Below, piece by piece: positions 26,473 to 39,341 of a DNA stretch of 64,000 nucleotides. The translations under genes were made by a program, and so were the position numbers. The stretch is from Eukaryota sp. TZLM1-RC. Taxonomy: Eukaryota > Protista > Metamonada: BaSk clade. The stretch spans positions 434,001-498,000 of the forward strand of contig JAUPSS010000010.1 in assembly GCA_040285825.1 (NCBI GenBank). The letters run 5' to 3'. The notes beneath the pieces were generated by a model. The model ran no database searches and had not been told where the DNA came from. It was given only the letters and a program-made list of their open reading frames with translations. Positions within the stretch are counted from its first letter, which is position 1, and the number at the start of each line of letters is the position of its first letter.

Positions 26473-26578
26473 GTCAAACAATAAAACGGGATAAAGAATA
26501 TTTTTTTAAATTTCACTTGCCCTTATAAAGGCCATCACTAGTGAAGTCTATACTAGACTAAATGTCCACAGTACAACA
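26455..26578 (-). repeat. 5' LTR, family B
   Basis: Direct repeat of 18715-18838. Contains the ORF1 ATG at 26472. Confidence 0.95.
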
Positions 26579-26952
26579 CAACATTATAAGCTGTCGTTAA
26601 AAGATTTGATGTAATCAATTGAAGAAATAACTGTCATGTTTCCTTGTGCGACACTTAATCGCAGTTTAAATCTGTGTTAACTGATCTTGTTCATAATGTT
26701 TAGGAATCAATGTTAACTAGAACAACAATTTTTGAACAGTGTTTGATTACAATAGAATAAAGGAACTCAAAACAAGTAGGTACAAACAAAGTTTTGATAT
26801 GAAGAACGTTGCTGAATATAAATCTGTTCAGAAAACCATGGATCATGAAGAAGCAACTTACAGATTTAATTGTCATGATTGGCATATCTGTTTGTATAAT
26901 AACATTAATGAGAATTACAATAAAACAAAAACATTTATTTCAAAAGTTCTAT

Positions 26953-29900
26953 TTACATTTGACCATGGAAGGTCCTTTCGATCACTTCACCTTGTTGAGC
27001 CTTGGTCAACCTAGTAAAGTTAACAGCATAACCCGACACTCTGATGGTGAGTTGAGGATACTTTTCAGGGTGATCCATGGCATCAAGCAAAACTTCTCTC
27101 CGAACACAATTGACATTGATATGGAACCCATGTGATTGAATATAACCATCAATCATGGCAGTCAAATTAGAAACTTGTTCCGACTCAGACTTTCCAAGAG
27201 CGGAAGGTAGAATTGAAAAAGTATTGGAAATACCATCTCTACAATCATCATATTGAATCTTGGCCACAGAGTTGAGAGAAGCAATAGCCCCAGATTTATC
27301 TTTTTGCGAAGAGGGATTGGCACCAGGGGCAAAAGCTTCTCCTTTACGACGACCATCAGGGGTGTTACCAGTCTTGCGACCATACACCACATTAGAAGTA
27401 ATGGTGAGGATGGAGAGAGTGTGGGTGGCATTGCGGTAGGTTGGATTCTTGCGAATCTTTTCAATGAACTGGTGACAAAGATCAACAGTGATTGAATCAA
27501 CACGATCATCATCATTTCCATAGCAAGGGAAGCTTCCTTCAATCTTAAAATCAGTAATTAAGCCAGTTTCGTCTCTCAATGGATAAACCTTGGCATACTT
27601 GATGGCAGAAAGAGAGTCAGCAACATGAGAAAGACCAGCGATACCGAAAGCCATTAGGCGTTCCACATTGGTATCATGAAGTGCCATCATTGACGACTCA
27701 TAAGAGTACTTATCATGGGAGTAATGAATGGCATTCATAGTATTAACGTAGAGTTCAGTTAGCCAGTCCATGTACTTCAGGAAGCGTTCCCAAACCTCGC
27801 TGTATTCAAGAGCATCTTCACCAGCAGCACCGCCGAACTGAGGCCCTACTGGTTGACGAGAAACTTCATCAACGCCATTGTTAAGAGAGTAGAGTAGTAA
27901 TTTGGCAAGATTACATCTTGCACCAAAGAATTGTTTTTGTTTTCCCTTGGATTAATGATATTAAAAAAACATACAAGACGCATAGCAGAGACACAGCAAG
28001 CAATACCGTAATCGGAACCAAAAATAGGCCTCATAAGATCATCGTTTTCATATTGGATTGAAGATGTATCGATAGAAACTGTTGAGCAAAAATCTTTAAA
28101 GGTTTGTGGTGGGGATTTCGACCAGAGGATAGTGATGTTGGGTTCTGGAGCAGGTCCGAGATTGTAAAGTGTCTGTAGAATTCGATAAGAGGTCTTTGTA
28201 ACCATGTGCTGGCCACTTTCGTTGAGGCCACCCAAGACAATGGTTACCCAGGTAGGATCACCGGCAAAGAGGTCATTGTATTCAGGAGTTCTTAAATGAC
28301 GGACAAGACGAAGTTTAATGACGAAATGGTCAATGAATTCTTGAATTTGTTGTTTTTTTTTATTTTTAAATATAATTTTATTCTAAACCAATAAATCAAC
28401 ATCTAAAAAATCCATCTCTCCCAAAACAAAAACACTAGATGCAACTCTCTCATAGTGAGATCCAAGAGAAAGCAAAGCATCAGAAACCATCTTCAACATC
28501 CCCTTAAAAATAGAAAACACAATTCTATTTTGCCAAAACATTCTGTTGAAATTTCTGCCAGTTCTTCTCTTTACAATCATTTCAAAATCATCCAAAAAAC
28601 GTAAAGCAGTTGGTGCAAGTGAGCCAAAAAGGGAAAATACAAATGGATACAAATTGTATTTTGCATGCTGTAGACTGGCCAATTTGGACAAAGGTTCATT
28701 GTATTTTTTGAATTTAAAATTTTCAGCATTTGAAAGGGGATTATGAATTTCAGAATTAACAAGCCTTTCATTTGAGGCATTACAAGGATCAACAGACATT
28801 ACATCCAATAAAATGAAGCTTCCATCTAATCCAGGTAATATGACATCACCTCTATTATTCTTATGAAAATCATTTTCAGCATCAAACAGATTTGACAACA
28901 GAGGTTCCAAGAAGGATTCAATTCTATGAGATTTACACATACAATATAACTGGTCTCTTACAGCATCATGAACCTTGCTTCTAAAAGTAATAAAATGTTT
29001 ACAATTTAACAAATGAGTAGTTGTAATTTCTCGAGAACATTTACAAATTAAATTATGAGGTAAATTATCAGGCCAGATAAAGGAACGAAATCTCATATTC
29101 AGAGTCCAAGCAGAATCGGATAAGAGAGTACCATAAACTTGTGGAATTGTTGTTACTAAGGCAGAAGAAGTACTGTCACACATATCTTGTAAAAGATTTG
29201 CAAAAGCGGGATTCTTTTTCTTGAATTTGTTGTTCAGTGAATTTACCACTACCAAGATCACGTTCAATATAGATGTCAAAGAAAGCATCTGGACGTCCAA
29301 AGCTCATAGCGGCACCATCTTGTTGTTTGATAGCAGCAAGGTAAGCGAAATAGGTCCATTGGATAGCTTCTTGAGAATTTTCAGCAGGACGAGACAAGTC
29401 AAAGCCATAGATTTCTCCCAGCTTCTTGATTTGCTTCAAGGCTTTTATTTGTTCAGACACTTCTTCATGGAGACGCATGGTGTCTTCGAGCATAGTTTTG
29501 GGGAGGTTCGCCTTGTCGGTCTGCTTTTCCTGGATCAGTCGGTCAGCTCCGTAAAGAGCAAGTCGGCGATAGTCACCAATGATACGACCACGGCCATATC
29601 CATCAGGGAGACCAGTGATAATACCAGACTTTCTAGCAGTTCTCATTTCGGAGGTGTAAATGTCAAAGACACCATCATTGTGAGTCTTGGCGTACTCAGT
29701 GAAGATGCGCTGGGTTTCGGGGTCCATTTTATATCCATAGGATTCGCTAAAATGAGTGATATCGTGGTACAAACCATGCAGTGGCAGTGATACGGACACC
29801 TCCAGCACATTTCATAGTTCTTTGGAGAGGAGCTTCACCCTGGAAACCAACGATTGTTTCTTTGTTCTTATCTAGATAGCCAGCACCATGAGAGGTGATA

Positions 29901-30073
29901 GTAGATGGACGAACAGTGTCTAGATCGAGAATACCCTTCTTGAGTTCTTCTTTGAGCACTTCGGAGGTCTTGGCCATGAGGTTCTTGGTGTTCTCAGTGG
30001 GACCTGTCAAGAACGAAGCATCACCATCATAAGGCTTGATGTTTTCAGCAATAAAACCAGCAACGTCAATCAT
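26953..30073 (-). pseudogene. pflB: Second pyruvate formate-lyase copy, disrupted by a non-LTR insertion in exon 2
   Basis: Near-identical inverted copy of 15835-18075 with the same introns (29747-29774, 27946-27974). Carries an 863-bp insertion at 28355-29217 and an L-to-P change (WSKSPP). Confidence 0.9.
28355..29217 (-). mobile_element. 5'-truncated RLE-type (CRE-like) non-LTR retrotransposon with 17-bp TSD
   Basis: TSD TTCTTGAATTTGTTGTT at 28338-28354 and 29218-29234, A-rich tail, uninterrupted ORF with CKC...HLLNC...HDAVRD, RGD...LLDVMSVDP and AENFKFKKY. Confidence 0.92.
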
Positions 30074-30878
30074 TCAGAAATGGAAGTTGAAATTATGCCG
30101 AAAAAGGCAAGTTTCCGTTTTAAAGAGCTAATCACGTGATCGCTCAAAAATCGCACGTTTCTTGCTTCACCCTGCATATTTTCAATAGTGACTATTACCA
30201 ACCTATTGAATTTTGCTGATTACGTGTTCAGTGTCTTTCGTTACACAACGTTTATCAACTGATACATGCTTGATGTCAATCAACGGCTCAAGCAATGTTC
30301 TGGTGGTGGTGGTGTGTTCCACACATTGGAGGTTCAGAATGATGTAGTTTATCTTGCGTATCAAAGTATCAATGTATAGGATGCACTAATCTTCTTTTCT
30401 ATCTTGGTATAATGTTATTTGCGGTAGGTTACAATATTCCGGTTTTGGAATATCTATTTGAGATAGAGCAGAATCTCACAAAATCAGTAATCTTTCAAAG
30501 TAAATAAATTTAAATTAAAAAAAGACAGTAATCGAAACAACTTTACTGTGGCTATATATGTGTATTTGTATCTGTTTTGTACCATAAAATAGTGGAGAAT
30601 GTCCATCTCTCTTTTAAATCAAATATGTAATAAAGATTTAATTAAAGTGAAGTAAATGAACATATTAAAATTGAACAAATTTATTTACATTTAACAACCT
30701 CATTAATGTAAGTCCCTGGGGCAGAAAAGAAGCCCTTCAAACAAGGATAACCTTTTGGAACACTTCTCAATTGGTTATTTTTGTTCACAATGCATTATAT
30801 TATGAAAAAATTTTAACATAAATTAACCACCAATTTAAATTTGTAGAAACCTCCACAATCTCATAATGTATCTCCAAA

Positions 30879-32099
30879 ATGCATACTGCTTCTTCTGAAC
30901 TCATTGCTGATGCCCATTACAAGTTTAGCTCTCTTTACACGTGTTTCAATCAATGGATCGCACATCATGACAGTCTTCAAGATCGCCTTTCATTACTTCA
31001 CAATATTGCCCAACGACTGATACACCGATGTTCTCTTGCTTCAAAACACCACTACTTCTACCCTTGGTACACAGCAACTCTCTCCAAATCCAGATCTCGT
31101 CGCCTCTCCCGTCTTCGCCGTAAGTCGCTTCTACGTAGAGCCCTGTCAGACTGGCGTTCCATTGTGCCCCACCTCAAAGTAGATCGCTTACACAGGGAAG
31201 CCTCTCAGTTGATGTATCGTCAGCGTTACCTTTCATGGATCAAATACTGGCAATATGTTACTATTTATAGAAGACGGTTAGCAACTAGTGCTAGGGTCGT
31301 CATTAATAAAAGGCTAATTAAGCAAGAGTTTCATGCTTTTGTGAAGTGGAAAATGGCCTGTTACAAGGTAAACAAGAAGAGGGAATTAAATAACAATTCT
31401 TATTTCTTTCTTAGGAATAATTTGTTTCGCAAATATTTTAAATTTTGGGTTGCTTCTGTAATTTTAGTTCAAAATTTGGATGATTTTTTGGAATATTGGA
31501 CCGAAAAATCATCCATTTTTTTAAAAAGAAAAGTTTTCTCTATCTGGATTGATCATTTTAACTTAGTGATGGAATCACGTCAACATTACTCACGACAGAT
31601 CATGAAAAGATCACTGTCAAAATTTCAAGGTGTCATGTCTGCAAAACGTGAAGAAAAAGCTTTTTTGATTAACAAGTTCAATTTGCTCAAGAAAAGGACA
31701 TTTTTCAATGAATTAGGTTCTTTTTGTGTAGCAAGAAGAAGAATTTTCACTTTAGAATGTAAAGCTAAAGTACAATTCAGACAATATATTTTGAAATTGT
31801 ATTTTCAGAAATTAATTTTAAATCAAAATCAAGTAAAGTATATAAGGGATCAAAAATCTGAAGCAAGGAAGTTGTTTAGAACGTGTTTAAGAAAAAAAGC
31901 ATTCAAATATTTAATTCTTGCTTCAGATAGAGATAAGCCTCTTTTATCAAAACAACCAATGATTAATGCGCGAGAACAACAAAGACCAAAGGTTCAAAAG
32001 CATGAAGAAACAGCTCAGAAAATGGCAGAAAAACGTCATGATACGTGTCAAAGAGTTGGTGCTCGTATTCCAAAATATTTGGCAGGTAGGATTGGTTAA
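30879..32099 (+). CDS. Basic helical-repeat protein, Sfi1-like (centrin-binding) candidate
   Basis: 406-aa ORF with recurring F/L-x-x-W motifs (FNQW, LSDW, IKYW, FVKW, FKFW, FSIW) at roughly 30-35 aa spacing. Confidence 0.6.
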   Translation: MHTASSELIADAHYKFSSLYTCFNQWIAHHDSLQDRLSLLHNIAQRLIHRCSLASKHHYFYPWYTATLSKSRSRRLSRLRRKSLLRRALSDWRSIVPHLKVDRLHREASQLMYRQRYLSWIKYWQYVTIYRRRLATSARVVINKRLIKQEFHAFVKWKMACYKVNKKRELNNNSYFFLRNNLFRKYFKFWVASVILVQNLDDFLEYWTEKSSIFLKRKVFSIWIDHFNLVMESRQHYSRQIMKRSLSKFQGVMSAKREEKAFLINKFNLLKKRTFFNELGSFCVARRRIFTLECKAKVQFRQYILKLYFQKLILNQNQVKYIRDQKSEARKLFRTCLRKKAFKYLILASDRDKPLLSKQPMINAREQQRPKVQKHEETAQKMAEKRHDTCQRVGARIPKYLAGRIG

Positions 32100-32938
32100 C
32101 ATTTATTTAATATATTTAAATTTTCAATGTTTAAATTCAAATATAGTTTAGTCATTACTACTTTAAGTGGGGTTTTGTAGTTTGGAATATGTGCGCTTTT
32201 CAGAACAGTTTTTGGAATTATTATTTTTGTTCATTGTTTTTTAAGTTGGTGCTGTACAAATTAGGTCTTGTTCTGTAAATAATTCTTACTTTAAAATATC
32301 ACAAATGTATTCAAAAAATAAATTAAATCACAAAGCAATGTGTTTATGGTTGTTTTGCGGTTGTTTCTCTTAATTAATCGACTAATGTTGTTACGATGAT
32401 TGGAAATAATGGCTTATTTGGCTAATGAGCATATTGGAAGGACGTTCAAGGAGGCGTTTCGATGCTTGTAAAGAAACATTATTGGAATCTCAGAATCAAT
32501 CAGTTGCAGTTTTCCTTGGACTACCACTTATCCTCATTTGTAACATTAATGATTTCACACACATTAATTCTAGAAAATTTTATCCTGTAACAAATTCTTT
32601 CACCAAAGTAGAAATCATAGACTTTGTGTATCAATTGTTTATCTGTTCCGTCCATTGAACAATTTCCTGCAGTATTTTTGGTAAAGAATTGTTTATGATG
32701 TCAAATGTTTTGATACCATGTTTCAGGAAATAGTGGGTGAAAAATGTACTTTTTGCGATTTTTCAACATAATCCCAAATTTATGCCATCATTCTTAGTGT
32801 ACCTCAAAGGGAAAGGTTATGTAATACAAGTTCTTTATCCAAAAACTAGGTTATGGAAAAACAATAATGGAATTTTTGGGGAAAATGTTTACAACCTGCA
32901 TTGTTTATGACCTTTGTCACCCACTCATTCATTTCGTT

Positions 32939-33009
32939 GCGTTAGTAGTACAGTGGTAGTATGCCTGCCTTCCAAGCAGATGACCCGGGTTCGATTCCCG
33001 GCTGACGCA
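32939..33009 (+). tRNA. tRNA-Gly (TCC)
   Basis: Acceptor GCGTTAG/CTGACGC, anticodon loop CTTCCAA, T-arm CCGGG-TTCGATT-CCCGG, followed by TTTT. Confidence 0.93.
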
Positions 33010-34129
33010 TTTTGTAAATGTTTTCATGATCTTAAAGATGGTATTAGTCGGTTCATTTTCCTTTTATATAACATGGATCTCTCAGTTTTTTTAAATATTA
33101 TATCAAGATAACTCAAGAATGGTTTTTACGAATAATTCAATATGATAAAAATGACACATTATATGGATTTGATCTCTGACTGCATCATGTAAAGTGGAAC
33201 GATAACAAATAAATCTTTTGCATTGAATAAATGTCAAACCAGCTCCACATTTACAAAACAGATCATTGGGCAAATTACAAGGCCACAGATATCAACGCAT
33301 TCTCATGGCAGTGGTCCATTGTCGTCATTTGCAAATAACCCATAATTTTGGAGAATTTGTTTCAGCAAAAATACAGATGAATTTTCCTAAAATTAGAGTA
33401 TTTATTGAATTTGCACACTTAATTAAATTAACTCATAACTCTAATGAATTTTCCTTCAAATCAAATTTGCAAATACATAAATTGCCTACGCAGCCGTGCT
33501 AAGTCAAACAATCAAATGTGTACTTGTTTTTTTGACTTTTGTTATGAAGACACAGAATTTTAACCTAATCGTATAGTTTATTTTTGTTGGAATAAATAAA
33601 AAAGATTTTAAAAAAAATGTGTACTTTCAAATTTTTTCAAAAATGTCGTTGGAGTTTTTTCAAGGAAACAATTCTTTTTGGAATGTCTTGAACACCTATA
33701 GGGAAACATGATTGCCATAATTCAGGAGATAAAGTTCACATTTCTTCTCTTACTTTGTTCTCAGGAATAGACTGTTTGTGGACTCAAGTTTTTTGACACT
33801 AAACCGATAATCAATAGAACTTTGATCAGTGCTTGCATATCAACGAGATGAACAACCATCCCACAAAAAATACGCTGTTATGTTGTGTCACTTGTTTGTT
33901 TTGAAGAAGTCAAAAATAAGATTGTTTACGTCTTAGCTTGGCTATGGACAAAAATTTCGTTTTGCAAACTTCTTGATGAAGTTGTCTTAGTTGGCAAACT
34001 CCCAAAATTTATTGTCTTCTACCCATTGTTCATCAATGGATTACTCCTTTGAGAATGAAGTGCTTCTTTCGGCCTTGTTCGTTAACAAATGATTCAATTC
34101 GTCGTATTGAATCCGTATTTTTAACTGCA

Positions 34130-34570
34130 CATACTTTATCACTTACAGTTCAACTGTACATGATTCAGTTTGTGATCAATTGTATGCTATGTGCAAAATT
34201 GTTTGCATTGAATCTTTTATCGAATTACTAGTTCGTAAGCTTTCTCCAGAAAACCTGAAGACGCTGTCAGTGTGGTTGATATAGTTTTAGTCGATGTCTG
34301 TAAAAATTCTACAGCATGTTTGGTGTATACTGCTCATTCACCACTATCCAACGCCGAAAAAAAGAAAAAAAAAATGAAGAACCATTGGCACATTTAAGTA
34401 GAGTCGAACATGTGAAATATCAGTTTGTGCCGTTTGCTATCTCTCTTTTTTACAATATTGGATTTTCAGGATAACACCTTTTTGAAAAAATTAAGACACT
34501 TTTGCAAAAAAGATCTCGTAAAATATTGAATTCCTCTTTTTGGTTAAATAGAACTGTTCTTTGCATTATT
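34130..34570 (+). mobile_element. Degenerate RLE-type non-LTR fragment (subfamily of 51500-52130)
   Basis: Shares catgattcagtt-gtgatcaatt, gatgt-tgtaaaaattct and gaacatgtgaaatatcagtttgtgccgtttgc with the reverse complement of 51780-52110. Confidence 0.7.
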
Positions 34571-34719
34571 AAATCTATTAAAAATTGTGACTCTATTCGG
34601 TAAGAGGCTCTATTCGTTAATTTACTTTACTAATGAATAAACTATAACTTTGAAGCTATTAATTACTATTCACGGCCAAGAAACTTCAAAATCGATTTGT
34701 CGATTCGATAAGCAACTGA

Positions 34720-35223
34720 TAAGAATAATAGAGGTGATGTAATACTACCTGGATTAGATGGAAGCTTCATTTTATTGGATATAATGTCTGTTGATCCTTG
34801 TAATGCCTCAAATGAAAGGCTTGTTAATTCTGAAATTCATAATCCTTTTTCAAATGTTGAAAATTTCAAAATCAAAAAAATACAATGAACCTTTGTCCAA
34901 ATTGTCCAGTCAACAGCATGCAAAATAGAATTTGTATCCATTTGTATTTTCTCTATTTAGTTTACTTGCTCCGACGGCTATACGTTTTTTGGCAGATTTT
35001 GAATTGATTGTAAAGAGGAGAACTAACAGAAATTTCAACAGATTGTTTTGGCAAAATAGAATTGTGTTTTCTATTTTTAAGGGGATGTTGAAGGTGGTTT
35101 CTGATGCTTTGCTTTCTCTTGGATCTCACTATGAAAAAGTTGCATCTAGTGTTTTTGTTTTGGGAGAGATGGATTTTTTAGATGTTGATTTATAGGTTTT
35201 TAATAAAAAAATTAAAAAAAATA
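34720..35223 (+). mobile_element. 5'-truncated RLE-type non-LTR element (same subfamily as the PFL insertion)
   Basis: Near-identical to the reverse complement of 28383-28860, with an A-rich tail. Confidence 0.88.
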
Positions 35224-35435
35224 AGCAACTTTGTTGTGTGGCTTTTCGATTGTCATCGATTAGATTTTGATATTACCTGATTAAAGGATAACAATGCTAT
35301 ATATAAGTTTCCTTTAATTGCCGCTGGATAGTTTTAAATTATAAATAATTAAAAGTTAATATAAAATAAACGATATGAAATAATTTATTTAATAATAATT
35401 TTTATATCAAATTATTGATATATCTATAATTACCA

Positions 35436-36350
35436 ATAGTATAAGAAGGGGCGAGAAAAATAATGGTGCCATATCACTGAAGTACAAATACTAATATTTA
35501 TAATATATTTGATACATATTACCGAGATGCTGAACTAACCGAACGTATCAATAGCTGCCGAACCGATATTTAAATCAATTACAAGATTTCCATTAATTTA
35601 AGAAGTTTAAACAATAATTTATGGTATTAAAATTCACACCAAATTATATTCAATTGAGGGGCTATTCGTCATTCAAATTCGTTTTTAGGTAATAATAATG
35701 AAATCACCAAAGAATTGTTTGAAAAATTGAACTTGATTTCCGAAACAATTGACCAAATGATGAAATAAGATATACACAAATATATCAAATTTACATAATC
35801 CTGTAAGTACTCTTGAATTTAAAGCTAAAGAAAAACATAGAAAATATGACAAAGATATCGAAGCTAATGCTGATAAAAAAGGACAACTTGTTTTTATTGC
35901 ATTCCCATTTTCGATAAACGGAAAATTATCAGTAGAAGCAGGAACTGTTTTGAATGTTTTCCAAAAAATGGTTCAAGAAAAAACAATGAAAAGATTTGAT
36001 ATTTTTTTATGGCGTTCTCGGATTCAATTTGCCATTATTAATAGATTACCTCGCTTTTTCAATCAAATAAGAGAAGCTTCAGCTAGACAACAGTCAGATC
36101 AAGATTTTGTAGAGGCAATCTTGGTTCAATGATAGTCGTCCCATTAGTTATGAGTTAATTTAATTAAGTGTGCAAATTCAATAAATAGTTGTTAATTGTT
36201 GTTGAATAAAATACAAATGACCAATGTTAGAATTACTGAACTAGTTCGGCGTACGTTCGGCACCTACTGATACGTTCGGTTAGTTCGGCATCTCGTTTTG
36301 ATTCATTAATATCAAAACGCTGTTTATCCTCTCCTTCCTTATACTATTAT
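35436..36350. mobile_element. MITE-like element with imperfect inverted ends, carrying a nested RLE 3' fragment (about 35795-36185)
   Basis: CGAGATGCTGAACTAACCGAACGTATCA (35523-35550) is inverted at 36268-36296. Outer AATAGTATAAG / CTTATACTATT and repeated CCGAAC/GTTCGG motifs. Confidence 0.55.
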
Positions 36351-36415
36351 ACTGACTATCAACCAACAAAGTAAACTTTTATTCAGAAAGTTCTACAACA
36401 TCTAAATCTAGGTCA

Positions 36416-36631
36416 TTAACCTAGGACAGTGTTTATATCCTTGACAGAAATGGTGGATAATTGAGTACATAAGGCATATTCAACCCTATACTCCTTAATT
36501 AAATGGGAGGAAAAGCGACGGGCTGAACCTTTTAGCATTTTACTGCAGCAGCGGCCTTGTGAAGTATTATTTTTGGACACTTTATCGTAATTAACGTTGT
36601 CCAGAAGTTTGTAAACAGGGTGCTTTGGCAT
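36416..36631 (-). mobile_element. BED-zinc-finger N-terminal remnant of a hAT-like transposase
   Basis: HPVYKLL...CRCC-like...LKGSARRFSSHL...YALC is homologous to 47532-48091. Confidence 0.55.
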
Positions 36632-36881
36632 TGAAGAAAGTTGATGTAAAGAAGGGGATTTATGTATGAATACAGATTTTTAAACAATGAAATCTATTGT
36701 AGTAGTTGAAAGAGGGATTTTGGAAAACATCTTTAAACAAAACTGTGTTGACACGTGTAAATGAACAAAAACTAGTTCGGCCGAACGTTCGGAAGGGTTG
36801 CGAACGTTCGGAATTCTAATATTGCAAATGACAGTTTTCAACTGTCATGTGTTTTTTCAAACACACTTCACAGTGACACCA

Positions 36882-37954
36882 ATGGTATTATTACACCTCT
36901 TCTGTCCAAGGCTCCAGACACTGAGGACGGTTTCTGTTGTAGCTTCTATTTTGTGCTTTGTTTTGGTGTTTGTCTTGTTGTATAATGCATCTGAACATGT
37001 TGACAATACTGGGACACCCATACCTAATTTCTTGTACAGTGGAGAACAACATTTCATTCCTGATTCTCCGCCTACACAACGTTCAACTGAATCAACACCA
37101 TACAACAGTCTTCCAGTACATCTGGTTTGTACTAATGACAACTGTTCATTCAATTTCCTTAATTGGATCCAAATACGATCAGTACAATCCTTTATCAATC
37201 ACTCGCAGATTTACCTTCATGTATTTGGAGATCCAATAGAGAACTACTGGTACAAAAAAGTGTCGGATAGCCTCTCTCTTGTTTACCATAACAAAACCTA
37301 CTACGAGAATTTGGTTCCTAACATCAAGGTTACCTCCTTGGCTCACTTGTCTGATTTCATACGAATTTATGTAATGTGTGAGCAAGGTGGTATTTATCTA
37401 GATATGGATGAATTTCCTATAAAACCTTGGAACCCTTTGCTTACTCAATTAGTAGAACCCATTGATGCAATTCTTGCTAGGCATGCAACTGACCATATCC
37501 AAGTCGCAGCTATGATTGCCTATCCAAAGACAAAAATATGGTGTGAAATAATGTGTGAAAACAAGCGATTGTGTACAATAAGTCTTGGACTGGGCATAGT
37601 ACCAGACTGCTTACCCATCTTTACAACCAGAATACCCAATACCAACAGTCTTCGATAGTGCTTGATTATCGTGTTCTATTTCCTATTGGATGGAGCAAAC
37701 AATCCATGGATAACTTGTACAAACTGGCACCCTATAAGAAAATTGATTTCTCAAAAACTCTTGCTCTTCACGCAAATGGTAAGGAAAGATTGAAGAAGAT
37801 CAACATGACTGCATCGAATGTTTTAAAAGAAGATAGACCTTTTTATAATCTTATAAGACCAATTGTTAAAAAAGGATTAGAAGAAGGTGAAATTGGATTA
37901 GATGACTCTTTGAAAAAAAATGATGTAGATGAATTTATGAAAAAAAGGAGATGA
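36882..37954 (+). pseudogene. GT32-like (DXD) type II membrane glycosyltransferase with one frameshift near 37570
   Basis: N-terminal TM segment and AHLSDFIRIYVMCEQGGIYLDMD motif. The frame switches at cga ttgtgtac aat. May be a sequencing error in an intact gene. Confidence 0.7.
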
Positions 37955-38259
37955 GTTTTTTGGTTGGATTTTTGGGGTCAGTCATTTAAATTTATCATAA
38001 ACAAAGTTGTTCTTCTACTTAATTTACAACAAAATCCACTGTCTGAAAAAGAAGTTGAAACTGCAATTTTACGTTTTCAATCTGGACAACCTCCAGGCCC
38101 ATAACTTTTGATATGCTGAAGTCCATATGCCGTCAATACTCCTTTTGTTGCCTAAAGTCTATTGTAGTAAAGAAACGTCTGATTTATTTTCTATTCATAT
38201 GATATAAGCATAAAGGCCAACACTGCTTCTTTCCTTTTTCAAAATAAATCAGCTTATAT

Positions 38260-39281
38260 AAATATTCAAGAAATTGCCACCCCATCACTTCCAAATTTTC
38301 GTTTTTGCATGAAAAAGCTTCAGCACCATCTGGTTAAATTATATGAAGGCTTGGATTATGAAGTAAGACTTGGCTTGACCAAAACTAAAAATCCCACTTT
38401 CGGTAATTTTTTAAAGGATATTCGTGATAGCTCTGCTGCTGCTTTAGTAACTCAAATTCCCTCTGTTTATGGACTTTTGTTAAAAAACAATGAAAGGCTT
38501 TTAAACATGCGTTTTCGTTGTTTTCTGTGGCCAAACAATTTGCCGCATCATTTAACTTGTAAATGTGGTAAACCTCTTTTGTTTACTCATCTTTTGAACT
38601 GTAAACATTTCATTACATTTAGAAGCAAAGTGCATAATAACGTCAGGGACCAAATTTATGTAATGTGCAAATCATATCGAGTAGATTCCTTTTTAGAACC
38701 GCTGTTATTAAAATTACTTCTTGATGACCCCAATGTTGATAGTACGCGCTACAACAGAGCTTCTATGGGTCTGACAAGAGGTGATCTAGTTGTTCCCGGT
38801 TTAAATGGTAGTTTTACTATTTTAGACGCCATGTCTGTTGACCCTTGTAATTCCTCTAACGAACATCTCATTAATTCGGATGTAAATAATCCTCTTTTTG
38901 CAGGCGAAAAATATAAAATTGCTAAATATGCGAAACACATTTCCTCGATTAATGAAAATTCTCATGCCCAATATAATTTATGCCCCTTTGTTTTTTCTTT
39001 GCTTGGATCTTTGGGTGAGGCTGCTATGGCTTTCCTTGAGGATTTTGTTGTAGTTGTAAAGGAAAGAACTGGAAGAATTTTCAACCGTGTTTACTGGCAA
39101 AACAGGATTGTATTTTCTATTTTTAAGGAAATGGTAAAACTGATTTCTGATTCACTGTCTTCTTTTGGGACATTTTCTGAATCTTTGGCAATTAATTGTT
39201 TTGATGTAGGGGAGGCCGGTTTTGAGGATGTGGAGTTTCAATTGTGTATTTTATGTTTTCATATTTGTTGCTGAATAAAAT
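38260..39281 (+). mobile_element. 5'-truncated RLE-type non-LTR retrotransposon
   Basis: 321-aa ORF with CKCG...HLLNC...HNNVRD, RGDLVVP...ILDAMSVDP and GEKYKIAKY. Ends at AATAAA. Confidence 0.88.
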
Positions 39282-39341
39282 ATTGATGCTTATATGAATA
39301 TGAAACAAAAATATAACAAATAGCTAAATAATCTATACAAA

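Larger units (their letters stand above)
18715..26578 (-). mobile_element. Full-length but decayed Ty3/gypsy (chromovirus-like) LTR retrotransposon, family B
   Basis: 124-bp LTRs at 18715-18838 and 26455-26578 (6 differences by eye), PPT AAGAGAGGGAAAAGGTAG next to the 3' LTR, flanks CAGC/CAAC. Domain order is gag-CCHC-PR(DNGA)-RT(YIDD)-RNase H(DASD, FTDHRNL)-IN(HHCC, GPF)-chromo-like. Confidence 0.95.

Noticed and set aside
28383-29300. 305-aa ORF as a PFL-retroelement fusion or a self-splicing element
   Set aside because: Its N-terminus is an off-frame reading of PFL with a non-native start, and the TSD and A tail identify an ordinary retrotransposon insertion.
32939-33009. tRNA-Gly as primer for the LTR elements
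   Set aside because: Its predicted PBS TGGTGCGTCAGCC matches none of the post-LTR sequences.
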